IMG/VR virus record: IMGVR_UViG_3300033067_001238
Coordinates: 1 to 39,764 of that record
DNA from: a virus
Lineage: Duplodnaviria > Caudoviricetes
DNA: 39,764 nucleotides
Strand: one strand, 5' to 3'
Shown here in pieces: positions 24,159 through 33,537 of this stretch (within the stretch, counting starts at the first letter, position 1; every line of letters begins with the position of its first letter). The translations under genes were made by a program, and so were the position numbers. The notes beneath the pieces were generated by a model. The model saw nothing but the letters and a program-made list of their open reading frames with translations. It had not been told where the DNA came from and made no database searches.

Positions 24159-24651
24159 CTGTGATATCAGCAAAGGCCCGTTTGGTATGCATATTGTTTT
24201 CAAAGGCGCGGCGGCTCACTTTCCGAGCACGTCTAACAATAAAGTAGCGTTTATGCCGAAGGGCGCTAGGTTTCCGATTATCACTCACTCATCTGAGCAT
24301 AAGAAGCAATTGAAGCTAATCTCTTCAATCTTCGACGCTGAATTGGCTAATGATGATTCTGAGCTAATGACGTTCGGATCGGAACCTACTCATATCTTGA
24401 TAGCGCTGCCGGATAATAAAAAGAGCGATTCGCACAACTACAGTAAGCCAGTATGTGACTGGTTACAACTACACGGGATAATCGACAACGACAAAGACGC
24501 TGAAGCTTTTTGTATTCGAAAGAGTGACTATCCTTCTTTGTTTCACAAGTCTGAGTGGAATTCTTTGTTAATAGGGGTCTATCGGCGTGAAGCGGTTTCC
24601 TCTGCTTATCTATCAGCTCTTGAATACATCCTTATGCATGGAGAGCCATGA
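24067..24651 (+). CDS. RusA-like Holliday junction resolvase
   Basis: PS.SN, D..N..K...D.L...GIIDND motifs. Confidence 0.7.
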   Translation: MMSARLTDEEKKARAKARKAAKYQLALETSSCDISKGPFGMHIVFKGAAAHFPSTSNNKVAFMPKGARFPIITHSSEHKKQLKLISSIFDAELANDDSELMTFGSEPTHILIALPDNKKSDSHNYSKPVCDWLQLHGIIDNDKDAEAFCIRKSDYPSLFHKSEWNSLLIGVYRREAVSSAYLSALEYILMHGEP

Positions 24652-25076
24652 AACTCGAAGAGATAAAAGCAGACACTTACTGTATTTGTCCGGCTCAACC
24701 ATGTCCTGAGATTAATTTGTTCGCGGCTGTGATTTATAGAGCGATTCGAGATGCGCATATGTGGATTCGAGACCCGCAAGAGTTCGAGGGAAAATTCGCA
24801 AACTGGATGAGCAATAAACGGAAAGAGGATATCGAGCTACTAATAGATTGGGCTGAAAACCCTAAGCCGGAACCGATCAATTTAAGATGGATGGCCGAGC
24901 ACATGGACTTTGAAGACCCGGACGCGATGATTCAGGCGGTTCAATTTGCAATGAAAGACAAGGATTTTAAACCAGTAAGTAGATATTTTTCGTACAGGCG
25001 ACTTTATAACATAGAGGACGAACTATGCAAAAAACAACACTTCACTTATTTCCCGGTAGTTCGGAAGAAGAGCTAG
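24648..25076 (+). CDS. Hypothetical protein, possible transcription regulator
   Basis: LFAAVI.RAI.D motif seen in phage regulators; GGAG SD, ATGA coupling. Confidence 0.55.
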   Translation: MKLEEIKADTYCICPAQPCPEINLFAAVIYRAIRDAHMWIRDPQEFEGKFANWMSNKRKEDIELLIDWAENPKPEPINLRWMAEHMDFEDPDAMIQAVQFAMKDKDFKPVSRYFSYRRLYNIEDELCKKQHFTYFPVVRKKS

Positions 25077-25230
25077 TTCTTCCTGCAAGAGAGGAATACC
25101 GCGAGGCTGAAATGATGGAACAAGCGCATTGGAAGGGGTTTCTCGTTGCATGTAGTGCGATTAGAGAAGCTGGGTGCAATCCCCTTGCAGTAGAGCGGTT
25201 CATTCACGTTGCAAAGCTGAGGCTAGAGAA

Positions 25231-25485
25231 ATGATCGACGTAGGCACCGGAGTGGATAGAATCGTCATGCTTGTCTATCGGGATGGCTCAAAGTTTCCCG
25301 AATCTCATGTGGTTGAGCAGGACCTTATAGACGCTAATTCGGAGTTAGCTAGTAGGCTAATGTACCAAGAGGCGGAAGTGAAAAGGGCTTATAACGAGGG
25401 ATACAGACACGGGCAGATGTCAATTGAGATAGCACAAGATGAGCTAGATGATCGGATACGTCGGAACTGGTTTGGGGAACCATGA
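25231..25485 (+). CDS. Hypothetical protein
   Basis: ATG 25231; AYNEGY..G; ATGA coupling. Confidence 0.55.
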   Translation: MIDVGTGVDRIVMLVYRDGSKFPESHVVEQDLIDANSELASRLMYQEAEVKRAYNEGYRHGQMSIEIAQDELDDRIRRNWFGEP

Positions 25486-25745
25486 GGGCTAAAGTACAGC
25501 GACACTATCGCATCTATAAGATTGATAAAGGGATTCCAATCTCTAAGTCGGCTCATGAGCGAAAGGCGCTAGCTCCACTTGTTTGCCGTATTCAGAAGCC
25601 GTGTGTGCGTCTAGAAATAGGAGACTCGGTTAATTTTAAGCACAATACTGAAGCTATGAACTTCGCGAATAAACTACGAAGTTATGGGCAGAGAGCCGCG
25701 ATAAGGAGGATGAATCAAGGAACTAGAGTTTGGAGAGTAGAATAA
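25482..25745 (+). CDS. Small basic putative DNA-binding protein
   Basis: KIDKGIP...LEIGDS...R....G.RVWR pattern common in phage early regions. Confidence 0.65.
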   Translation: MRAKVQRHYRIYKIDKGIPISKSAHERKALAPLVCRIQKPCVRLEIGDSVNFKHNTEAMNFANKLRSYGQRAAIRRMNQGTRVWRVE

Positions 25746-25762
25746 CTTTAATGAAGGAATAT

Positions 25763-25972
25763 ATGAAAGTAGAGAACTATGCATATGAATCACTACCTGT
25801 GACAGAAGAGCAAAGAGATAACATAGCCGCGACTAGAGAGGCTTTCAAAGTTTTGGATAGCTTTCTATCTGAGCTGCCGAATGTGAACCCTAGAGCCATG
25901 GCAATAGTAAAAACAAACCTTGAGCAAGCATCTATGTGGGCGGTTAAGAGCATTACGCACTTTGGAAAATGA
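25763..25972 (+). CDS. Acb2/Tad1-like helical hairpin protein (candidate cyclic-nucleotide sponge)
   Basis: AAGGA SD; Y....EEQ......R..F....PR..AI.KT.LEQA.MWAVKSI. Confidence 0.65.
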   Translation: MKVENYAYESLPVTEEQRDNIAATREAFKVLDSFLSELPNVNPRAMAIVKTNLEQASMWAVKSITHFGK

Positions 25973-25973
25973 A

Positions 25974-26183
25974 ATGAAGACCGTCACTCTAGTACAGGTC
26001 AAGGCCAGTGAAGTTAGGCTCGGAGACCGAATTGCAAGAGCTTCTGGGTGTATTATGGCTCTGGAATTTATCGCGGTTCACGAGCTGCGAACTAGCATAG
26101 ATGGACGTGTCATGATGCTTCAGAAGTCGAAGAACGGGACCACGCTAGATGGGGATGCTCTAGTTTGGAAGGTGGCAGAATAG
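25974..26183 (+). CDS. Hypothetical protein
   Basis: ATG 25974; ASEVRLGD SH3-like start. Confidence 0.55.
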   Translation: MKTVTLVQVKASEVRLGDRIARASGCIMALEFIAVHELRTSIDGRVMMLQKSKNGTTLDGDALVWKVAE

Positions 26184-26237
26184 CGGCATGACTCACCGGG
26201 AAAGGACGGGGTTATAATAAACAAGGAGAAACATAAA

Positions 26238-26570
26238 ATGGTAACGGAAAAGGCTGTAAAGAAAGAAGTGAAAAGACCGGCTAAGAATCTAAAATATGTG
26301 ATCGTTCGCACATATTCTGCCGGTTGTTTTGCGGGGTATCTAGTGAGCAGAACCGGGAAAGAGGTCGTACTCGAAAAAGCTAGAAGACTTTGGTATTGGG
26401 CCGGGGCGGCATCTTTGTCGCAGCTAGCACAAGAAGGAACTAGTTGTCCTCAGAATTGTAAATTTCCGTGCGCCGTTGATCGGATAGAATTAACTGAAGC
26501 GATCGAAATTATAGATGGGACTGAAAAGGCCAGAATATCACTAGAGGGAGTGGCAATATGGTCAGCATAG
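26238..26570 (+). CDS. Conserved phage protein (DUF6948-like)
   Basis: VIVRTYSAG..AG.L....G.EV.L..ARRLWYW.GAASLSQLA..G; this family is often followed by Gly repeats. Confidence 0.75.
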   Translation: MVTEKAVKKEVKRPAKNLKYVIVRTYSAGCFAGYLVSRTGKEVVLEKARRLWYWAGAASLSQLAQEGTSCPQNCKFPCAVDRIELTEAIEIIDGTEKARISLEGVAIWSA

Positions 26571-26767
26571 AGGACGGTTACGGTTACGGTAGCGCTAGCG
26601 GTGACGGTTACGGTAGCGGTTACGGTAGCGGTAGCGGTAGCGGTAACGGTGACGGTAGCGGTGACGGTAGCGGTTACGGTTACGGTACCGGTACCAGTAG
26701 CGGTAGCGGTTACGGTGACGGTAGCGGTAGCGGTTACGGTGACGGTAGCGGTACCGGTAACGGTTGA
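26558..26767 (+). CDS. Gly-X repeat micro-protein
   Basis: GGGAG SD; 32 X-G dipeptides. Confidence 0.55.
   Translation: MVSIEDGYGYGSASGDGYGSGYGSGSGSGNGDGSGDGSGYGYGTGTSSGSGYGDGSGSGYGDGSGTGNG
26573..26764 (+). repeat. 6-bp tandem repeat, 32 units NNC-GGT
   Basis: NNC is GAC, TAC, AGC, AAC or ACC; two units deviate (AGCGCT, ACCAGT). Confidence 0.95.
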
Positions 26768-26789
26768 TCCGACTTTTTAAGAGGAAGCG

Positions 26790-26951
26790 ATGACACTGAC
26801 ACTAAAAAGTAAACGCTGCCCCCTTTGCAGGAGTAATCAACAAGAAACGTGGCATATGTGGCTAGTAATAATGTCGGCAATCACGTATCTCACGGCGCTC
26901 ATAATAGCAGCCGTTTATGTGTGCCAGAGATTGGGGTTGAGGTCAGCATGA
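26790..26951 (+). CDS. Small membrane protein with CxxC (53 aa)
   Basis: Not in track. GAGG SD; MTLTLKSKRCPLC...WLVIMSAITYLTALIIAAVYVC; ATGA overlap. Confidence 0.55.
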   Translation: MTLTLKSKRCPLCRSNQQETWHMWLVIMSAITYLTALIIAAVYVCQRLGLRSA

Positions 26952-27151
26952 GCAACTACAACGTGTGCCTCTATTGTGGCCGAGTCCTAGGGTACGCCGA
27001 TCCAACGATGCCGATGTTTTGTAACTTGGGATGTCAATTCAAAGCAGAGGACGGGCCATCTAAAGATTGGCAAAAGAACTTCGAGTTAAGCTTGATAGAA
27101 TTTAAGGCAAGAGTAGCGGAACGATTCGAGAAGAGGAATGGGGCAAAGTGA
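26948..27151 (+). CDS. Small zinc-binding protein (CxxC...FCxxxC)
   Basis: ATG 26948 after GAGGT; track start 26849 is likely too long. Confidence 0.6.
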   Translation: MSNYNVCLYCGRVLGYADPTMPMFCNLGCQFKAEDGPSKDWQKNFELSLIEFKARVAERFEKRNGAK

Positions 27152-27291
27152 AGAGTAAATGTTGCAAATCTGATTGCTATTGGCTTGTCGGTTCGAGGTG
27201 GTGGTCAATCTGGAGCGAGCCGTTTGTTTCGATGATTCGAAAGTGTACGAAGTGTAGGCAAGAATGCGAAGAGGCGGAAGATGAAAAGTAA
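27148..27291 (+). CDS. MKSKCC zinc-ribbon protein 1 (47 aa)
   Basis: Not in track. GTGA overlap; MKSKCCKSDCYW...RKCTKCRQECE. Confidence 0.65.
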   Translation: MKSKCCKSDCYWLVGSRWWSIWSEPFVSMIRKCTKCRQECEEAEDEK

Positions 27292-27607
27292 ATGCTGTGG
27301 GGCGGATAATAACCAGTGTTGTGTTGATTGCGGAAGCCCTGTGTTTGAACTCCTTTGTAGTAAATGCTGGCAACCAGCTAAGCAATCCGACCATCTTCCC
27401 GAAGCCGCGAAAATGGTCGCCGATCATATCGTTGACGCCACCAAGAAGATCGAGCGGCCGACGGAGGAGGAGATAGAGAAGGAAGTTGAGCGCCTCGGTG
27501 CGAAGTGGGGATTGAGCGGGTTCGGTGGGTTCGACACAACCGCTTGGACTGAGAACGCGGCTAGGGACATGTGCGAATGGCTACGCGAACGGATGGGGGT
27601 AAAATGA
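27281..27607 (+). CDS. MKSKCC zinc-ribbon protein 2
   Basis: MKSKCCGA...CSKCWQPA. Confidence 0.7.
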   Translation: MKSKCCGADNNQCCVDCGSPVFELLCSKCWQPAKQSDHLPEAAKMVADHIVDATKKIERPTEEEIEKEVERLGAKWGLSGFGGFDTTAWTENAARDMCEWLRERMGVK

Positions 27608-28011
27608 AAAGTAAATGCTGTGGAGAAAACTTATGGATCAAAAGCTCAACGGACGGAACGGGCTTTTACGTGTGCGCTAAGTGCGGGGAAGCGTGCGATG
27701 TGGTTAGCGAGACTCAACCGACTGAGCCAGATCGATGGGCGTGTGCTGCATGTGGGGCTGAGGGGCTAGGTGGACGCGAGGAACTTCTTCTGCATCTCGC
27801 AGAGTGTGAGGAATATTTTAGAATGAATAGGTACGTTCCCCGCCTTACTCCAGATCAGTGGGCTAAGGTGAGGTGGCCGGACACTGAAACCAGTGAAACT
27901 GAGGCATATAGACTTTACACTAATACCGCCTTTGAAGTGATGTGTAGAAAACTTTGCGAATGGGCCATCAACTACGCACTGCAAGATTTACGACCGGAGG
28001 GGGAGGAATGA
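27604..28011 (+). CDS. MKSKCC zinc-ribbon protein 3 with a second Zn motif
   Basis: ATG 27604; MKSKCCGE...CAKCGEACD; CAAC...H...C. Confidence 0.7.
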   Translation: MKSKCCGENLWIKSSTDGTGFYVCAKCGEACDVVSETQPTEPDRWACAACGAEGLGGREELLLHLAECEEYFRMNRYVPRLTPDQWAKVRWPDTETSETEAYRLYTNTAFEVMCRKLCEWAINYALQDLRPEGEE

Positions 28012-28202
28012 TAAGATTCATCGTCAAGTGTGAGCGTAAAAATATCGATTCGCCTGTTATTACCACTTTGCATTCGATTGACGTTGATGTGCCCGAAATA
28101 GAGCGAGTGCTACGGCGAGGAGGGTATGATCAGCGTTCTTACGAATACTGGAAGCTTGAAGGGGTGGAATTGCTAGAACTAAAGGGAGAGGGGGAGGAAT
28201 GA
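28008..28202 (+). CDS. Hypothetical protein
   Basis: ATG 28008 inside the GAGGGGGAGGAATGA junction. Confidence 0.65.
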   Translation: MIRFIVKCERKNIDSPVITTLHSIDVDVPEIERVLRRGGYDQRSYEYWKLEGVELLELKGEGEE

Positions 28203-28636
28203 GCGAGAAGGAAGAGCATCCGGGGCGGTGGATTATGCTATTGCAGAGATCTTCAGATAGCGAGCCTTTTCAGGTCTCGTATAAAGAGCTTTGCCAGGTC
28301 CGTGACTACATCCTACAGCTCGAGGCGGAGAAATACGCCAATTTTAATATGTACAGTCGCCAAAGAGATCGCGCAGATCAAGCGGAGGCGGATCTAGTCG
28401 TTGTCAGGAGAGCTAATAGCATACTTATTAAGGACGAGGCGCGAGCGGAGAAAGAGCGGGACGAGTATCTCAAATTACTGTTAGTTGCAGACAGAGAGAA
28501 TCAGCAGCTCAAGGCGCGGGTGGAGAAGCTGGATCGGGGGAAAGAAGACTTTGTGAAATGGTTAATCGAAATGCAACCATACCTAGATCAATATACTTCA
28601 CAGAGCTTGATTGAACAATTTGAAGAGGACAAATGA
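28199..28636 (+). CDS. Coiled-coil hypothetical protein (Ead/Ea22-like architecture)
   Basis: 145 aa heptads; ATGA coupling. Confidence 0.65.
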   Translation: MSEKEEHPGRWIMLLQRSSDSEPFQVSYKELCQVRDYILQLEAEKYANFNMYSRQRDRADQAEADLVVVRRANSILIKDEARAEKERDEYLKLLLVADRENQQLKARVEKLDRGKEDFVKWLIEMQPYLDQYTSQSLIEQFEEDK

Positions 28637-28839
28637 CAGACGAGGAGACACTAGAGCTGGTGAAGCAATTGCGGGAAGCGCGGCTCAACTATGATAGAGC
28701 CATGATGATTGGCATGGATCATTGTTGTTCGTGCCATATTAATCCGCCGTGCCGCTTCTGCACTGAAGGTGGGGGCATAGTGGATGAGTTAGAGGATGAG
28801 CTTTACGAACTACGCGACAAACTGGAGCTGGGGGAATGA
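28633..28839 (+). CDS. Small Cys-rich protein (CSCH..PPC..C)
   Basis: 68 aa; last plus-strand gene before convergence. Confidence 0.65.
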   Translation: MTDEETLELVKQLREARLNYDRAMMIGMDHCCSCHINPPCRFCTEGGGIVDELEDELYELRDKLELGE

Positions 28840-28861
28840 TACCCACTGGGCGCGCATACCG

Positions 28862-31285
28862 CTACCCAATCCCTAGCAAAAGTAGATTCTGATTAGAAGC
28901 CCCGCCTGGGGCTGTATATTCCACCGCTCCGATTGTCACACCATCATGACCAGCGTTTCTATAAGAGGCGCTTGTTGGAGCAAAGCCCCGGCGTATCCAT
29001 AGCCGTAGAACCTCTATAATCGAGACGCCAGAAGAGCCTCCTAGGGGTGTGCCGTCGTAAGTCGTACCAGCTAAAAGCGACTGTCTTATGTATTCGAAAC
29101 TCGCAGGTTCCCAATATGTCGACCAATTGATAGTAGCGCCGGCAACACCTGAACCTGGCGGCCCCGTCACGCCACTCGCTGTAGATGTATGCGCTGTAAT
29201 GCACCTGTAATTAATCGGGAGACTAAAAAAAGCGCCCGATACAGCGGATGCACGAATATCCCCCACAATATAACTTTGACCGCTCGCCCAATCGGTGGCT
29301 TTTGGCTGAGCAAGATAACCTTGGTCAAAAGTCTGTGTGGACCTTGTTTTGTCGTAAAAAACCGGGTCACCATCAACGTCGTGAGCTCCAACATTAGCGG
29401 GAGTTTGGACAAAAACGTAATGACCATTGGCAACCGTACTAGTTAGATAGCCCTTGGCTAGAACTGTAGTATCAGCGTTTGGGAATGCGGTGGTGTCAGA
29501 GTAGTTGTATTTTCCATTGTAATCGCATGTTGTGACCTGCCCCGGCGTTGCGTCAAATGGCGACCCCAGCGCATCCCATAGAAGATATCCGGTCGAAAGT
29601 TTGGACGGATTCCATGCGATATTAGACTGGAAAGAAGGGATCATGTTGGCAGCACCGGCATAGCCACCGAATTCGCCGTAGCTGAATCCCTGAATCCCCA
29701 TCACATAAGTATTGTGTTCGAAATTTACTTTTAGCTTTGAGTTTCCATAAAGTGTACATGGCGTTCCAACGTTATCCCCGCGCAAATTCGGAAGATAAAC
29801 ATTATTTTTTATCGTGAGTGTGTACGTGCTTGCGGGGGTGCCTGTGTTCGGCAGAATTAGATCGCCCGAATTATCTGCTGTGAGGCCGTCGAATACCCAG
29901 CCACTAATCGTTGCATCAACATTTCGTATTGCTGGATCAATTCCGTGAGGATTAGGAGCGCTCGAACAAGACACGTGATACACGTTATCGGTGCAACCAA
30001 ACTGAAGACCAACGGTAGGTTGTCCACCCGCACTCGGATCGGTTCGTCCCCAAAAATTGCGTTTAAAGCTTGTTGGTGAGGCGGTGATCCCGCTCATCAC
30101 TATGTTGTTGCCATAGAAGTTGTCGTCAATAGTCCAACCCACCGCGCCGCTGGTGAACTGAAACACTGCATCTAATACGTTACGGTTGAATAGACGAGTG
30201 CCGGAAGTATAAGAGGACCCGAGATCCATCAGCATACAGTTAGTAGCTAAAGATCCGCTCCAACGATTGCGAGAAATAGTGACATTCTGATCTGGCTGCG
30301 CGTTGGCCGTTCGGAATTGCCCGCACCTGGTCATTATGCAATCTGTGAGCGAGAATGTCGGCACTAAATAGAAACTCGCTGCTGCTGCATCTACGGACGC
30401 TGAACCTAGATCAATAAAATTAGTGTAGCTGGCCTGCATTAGCCCACGCCCATTAAATGACGCGGCAAGTGGCATCGCCGAAATGCTCGCTATACCTGAT
30501 CCAGTTCTTTGAATCGTAGTGCGTGAGCCACTTGAACCATTCGAAAGTAACGGCGATACGTTGCCGTTGCTAAACCCGCCCGGTGACCAGTAATAAGTTT
30601 GTGTAGCAGGAACATTGATCGAAACAGTTGCGCCAGCACTTAATGTGCTTCCACTCGAATTTGTTGTTTGTACATCGCCGCTTACTGTAAGACTTGCCCC
30701 TGCTGCTACATTAAGTATGCCTGTTGCCCAAATTGCCGATGCTGGCGCAATTAGTTGAGCCGAGGCAAAAGCCACCGTACCATCTTCCCAGCTTGCCGAC
30801 ACTGGTTCAAAGTTTCCTGCTGCTTTACCTGTCGCGTACCGTCGATGCGTAAGACCGCCTGCGCCCGTTCCCGTGTTAGTTAAATAGATTGACCATGAGG
30901 TTCCTCCGGTTGGGAGTGCAGGAAGTGTGATTCTAGGTTGATTGTTGGGAGCAATCCCGATTGTAAGGACCGCTGATTCTGCGCTAGTAGAACTCTCTCC
31001 GCTTGCGTTTACCGCTGTGATTCGAACGTAATAGTTGCCCGCTGGAAGTGATGTTACAGAAGCGCCTGCGGACGGTGAAACTGTGGCTGCTGTTGAAGGC
31101 GCGTTTGGTCCGCTAGAGCCGCAAGCTTGAGTCCCATCTACGGTGAGCGTATGGCCTGAATTAACGATAACTCTATCGCCTACTCCTGCTACGCCGCCCG
31201 TTCCTGAGCCAACTAAAGCAGTCCATGGAGTGGTCCCGCTTGTGTCGCTCCAGTTTCCAGATCTGGTAGTAGTGAGTATGGCCAT
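28862..31285 (-). CDS. Tail spike/fibre-like protein: FN3-like, beta-helix and CBM5/12-like domains
   Basis: SGNWSD...W....GD.V.V..GHT N-terminus; YYVRITAVNASGES FN3 motif; Asn-ladder strands; W..GQSY.VGD....YRCITAHTS...W; ATG 31285 after GGAAG. Confidence 0.65.
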   Translation of the reverse strand: MAILTTTRSGNWSDTSGTTPWTALVGSGTGGVAGVGDRVIVNSGHTLTVDGTQACGSSGPNAPSTAATVSPSAGASVTSLPAGNYYVRITAVNASGESSTSAESAVLTIGIAPNNQPRITLPALPTGGTSWSIYLTNTGTGAGGLTHRRYATGKAAGNFEPVSASWEDGTVAFASAQLIAPASAIWATGILNVAAGASLTVSGDVQTTNSSGSTLSAGATVSINVPATQTYYWSPGGFSNGNVSPLLSNGSSGSRTTIQRTGSGIASISAMPLAASFNGRGLMQASYTNFIDLGSASVDAAAASFYLVPTFSLTDCIMTRCGQFRTANAQPDQNVTISRNRWSGSLATNCMLMDLGSSYTSGTRLFNRNVLDAVFQFTSGAVGWTIDDNFYGNNIVMSGITASPTSFKRNFWGRTDPSAGGQPTVGLQFGCTDNVYHVSCSSAPNPHGIDPAIRNVDATISGWVFDGLTADNSGDLILPNTGTPASTYTLTIKNNVYLPNLRGDNVGTPCTLYGNSKLKVNFEHNTYVMGIQGFSYGEFGGYAGAANMIPSFQSNIAWNPSKLSTGYLLWDALGSPFDATPGQVTTCDYNGKYNYSDTTAFPNADTTVLAKGYLTSTVANGHYVFVQTPANVGAHDVDGDPVFYDKTRSTQTFDQGYLAQPKATDWASGQSYIVGDIRASAVSGAFFSLPINYRCITAHTSTASGVTGPPGSGVAGATINWSTYWEPASFEYIRQSLLAGTTYDGTPLGGSSGVSIIEVLRLWIRRGFAPTSASYRNAGHDGVTIGAVEYTAPGGASNQNLLLLGIG

Positions 31286-31659
31286 TACTTCCAATCTATA
31301 TTAACTACGATCTCACCTGCGGCTACTGCTCCAGTATCGTTATCTGCGGAACCTGTGGTTAGTCCGTATCCTATGCCTAGCGGGCACGATATCCCTTTGT
31401 CCCAATTAATCACTATACCCGCGCCTGCGGCATTGCCAGGAATTGCCAACACTTTGAATGGCGTGTCTGTCCCGACAGTCGGCGCTGTCGCTTTGTTATA
31501 CAATTTTAGATAGCGAATAGCGGCATTAGAGTTGAATACCTGCACTGAATAAATCTGTCCGGCTGACGTTTTGACGTTCGTGCCGTTAGTAGTCGCTGCG
31601 GATATTAATTTGTGAGAACTCAGCCCACCTGAAATAACTGGATAATCTGTAACGTTCAT
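31285..31659 (-). CDS. Small tail-associated structural protein
   Basis: 124 aa; VK...G.......N.....YLKLYN.ATAPTVGT..P motif. Confidence 0.6.
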   Translation of the reverse strand: MNVTDYPVISGGLSSHKLISAATTNGTNVKTSAGQIYSVQVFNSNAAIRYLKLYNKATAPTVGTDTPFKVLAIPGNAAGAGIVINWDKGISCPLGIGYGLTTGSADNDTGAVAAGEIVVNIDWK

Positions 31660-31668
31660 GCTGTGCCC

Positions 31669-33537
31669 TTATTCGACTTGAATATAGATAGTAACCCCGC
31701 CTGTGCCAGTAGATTCTAATGACCTAATATCTGCTGCATACCAGTTTCCTAGTAGAGTGCTCCCTGCCGTATTTGGGTGGACGTCTGAGCTATTCAGTAA
31801 CGTAGCGGCATTCTGCCCAAACTCTTCCATTGCCCCTTTTGCAATCACTTTGACCTTATTATTACCGCTGGCAATGTTGGCGAGTGATGCTTTGTACGCT
31901 TCTACTAGCGTTATGGACGATTCTGACCATTGGCCCCCAGACGTTCCAGGAGTCGGAAACGTGGGCTCCGCTACGTATACACGGGTGATAGAAGTAACTG
32001 CGGCTAATACTGTATTGATTAAGCTGGTTAAGTTTGACTGATACGTAGCGCCAGAAAAGTTGTTAGGGGATCTACAATCATTCATTCCGAGAGCGACGAT
32101 CAACGTATCGATAGCCGACGAGTTAAATGATGCATTAACAGAGCTAAGAGTCACGCCTCCAGTCGAGTTTACCCAGTCCGATGTCGAGGTGCCATTTACC
32201 GCTTGGTTGTTGTATGTCCAAAGATAATCAGGATTCGCGTTTAGAGTTGCTACAGTGAAAGCTACCGGCGAAACGTTACCGGACCCATACCCCACCATGA
32301 TAGAATCGCCGATCACTCCTATTTTGCGAGCTATAGATCTATTCCGAGCCTGTATAGCCCCCTGACTCGCTGTTTGGGCTGAAGTCGCAGAAGTAGTGCC
32401 ATCTGTAGCAATCGACCTATAGTAGATAGGCTGTAAAGTGGGAGGTGTCGAATCTTTGAAGGACGTAACACCGTTAGTAGCCGTTCCTAAAGATGTGCCC
32501 GTACCCGGTGGCGTAAATGGAGCGGTATGCCTATAGATCGTATTGGTAATAGTAGCTGCTCCGCCTCCTGGAGCTAGTCCAAGAGTCACTCCTGTCGGAT
32601 CATTTGCTGTGATAGTAATAGCGCCATTAGTTACCGCTGCACTAGCATTTACCGTGAAAGGCGCGGTTGCTGCGTCAAGAGAGTCATGGATCACTAAGGT
32701 CCCGGCAGCGCTGCCCGCTGCAAGAGTTGCAGTAATTTGAGTGGCACTGACGCATACAATACTAGACAGACTAGCTCCTGTCCCTCCGGTCACACTAGCG
32801 GTGGTGACGCCCGGGACCCAGCTTGTACCAGTTCCCGTTATCACTAGAGCGGTATTGCCGTTTACTGGACCACTATTCACGTTTAGTGACATAGATTGAG
32901 CAACGCCGTCATCATCACCCTCTAGGTAAGTGACAACGCTAGTGCTGAAATAAGAACTAGTTCCGACTCCCCCGGCAGATTGATTACCAGTGGTATCATT
33001 ATCTACCGTACAAGTAGCAATTAAAGCCCCTCCGGTCGTTTCGTTGTACGCATTTGCAGTGACTTTAGTGCCGGAACTGGTCCCAGCTGCGCAAGTAAGC
33101 TCAATTCTAATAATATCATTTACGCTAGGAGCTGGAGAAACGGCTCCTGTTGGTCCGCCTGTATAAGAACCGGCAAGCATAGCTCCGATATTTAGGAGAC
33201 CGCCGTTGATATATGCTAAATAGTTCGACGTTCCTGCGGCGTTCTCTCTGACTTTGATCGAGCAAGAATGGGTTGTACTCTGATACTTGTATTTAACTTT
33301 GCCAGTTACATAAAGAATGCTTACTGCACCCGGCGTGACTAGTCCGGCATTGCGGAAGTTGGCAAGTGCTACATAAGGTACGTTAAGTTGATTCGTGTTA
33401 ATGACGGCACCGCACCCGTCAATGTCGATATATGCCCCACTAAAATAGGATCCCCCTGGCCCGGTAACATTAGTAGATCCGGCTCCACCTGCGGCTGTAT
33501 TCGCTCTATTAAACGTATCAATGAAAGTAACGGTCAT
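31669..33537 (-). CDS. Virion protein with lectin-like, Ig/IPT and FN3 domains and a C-terminal SGNH (GDSL) esterase
   Basis: GDSI (Ser), AVNG, LGMND, DVHPN..G (Asp-x-His); D.FNRAN N-terminus. Confidence 0.8.
   Translation of the reverse strand: MTVTFIDTFNRANTAAGGAGSTNVTGPGGSYFSGAYIDIDGCGAVINTNQLNVPYVALANFRNAGLVTPGAVSILYVTGKVKYKYQSTTHSCSIKVRENAAGTSNYLAYINGGLLNIGAMLAGSYTGGPTGAVSPAPSVNDIIRIELTCAAGTSSGTKVTANAYNETTGGALIATCTVDNDTTGNQSAGGVGTSSYFSTSVVTYLEGDDDGVAQSMSLNVNSGPVNGNTALVITGTGTSWVPGVTTASVTGGTGASLSSIVCVSATQITATLAAGSAAGTLVIHDSLDAATAPFTVNASAAVTNGAITITANDPTGVTLGLAPGGGAATITNTIYRHTAPFTPPGTGTSLGTATNGVTSFKDSTPPTLQPIYYRSIATDGTTSATSAQTASQGAIQARNRSIARKIGVIGDSIMVGYGSGNVSPVAFTVATLNANPDYLWTYNNQAVNGTSTSDWVNSTGGVTLSSVNASFNSSAIDTLIVALGMNDCRSPNNFSGATYQSNLTSLINTVLAAVTSITRVYVAEPTFPTPGTSGGQWSESSITLVEAYKASLANIASGNNKVKVIAKGAMEEFGQNAATLLNSSDVHPNTAGSTLLGNWYAADIRSLESTGTGGVTIYIQVE

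Noticed and set aside
26573-26764. Diversity-generating retroelement
   Set aside because: No reverse transcriptase motifs and no template/variable repeat pair seen in the window
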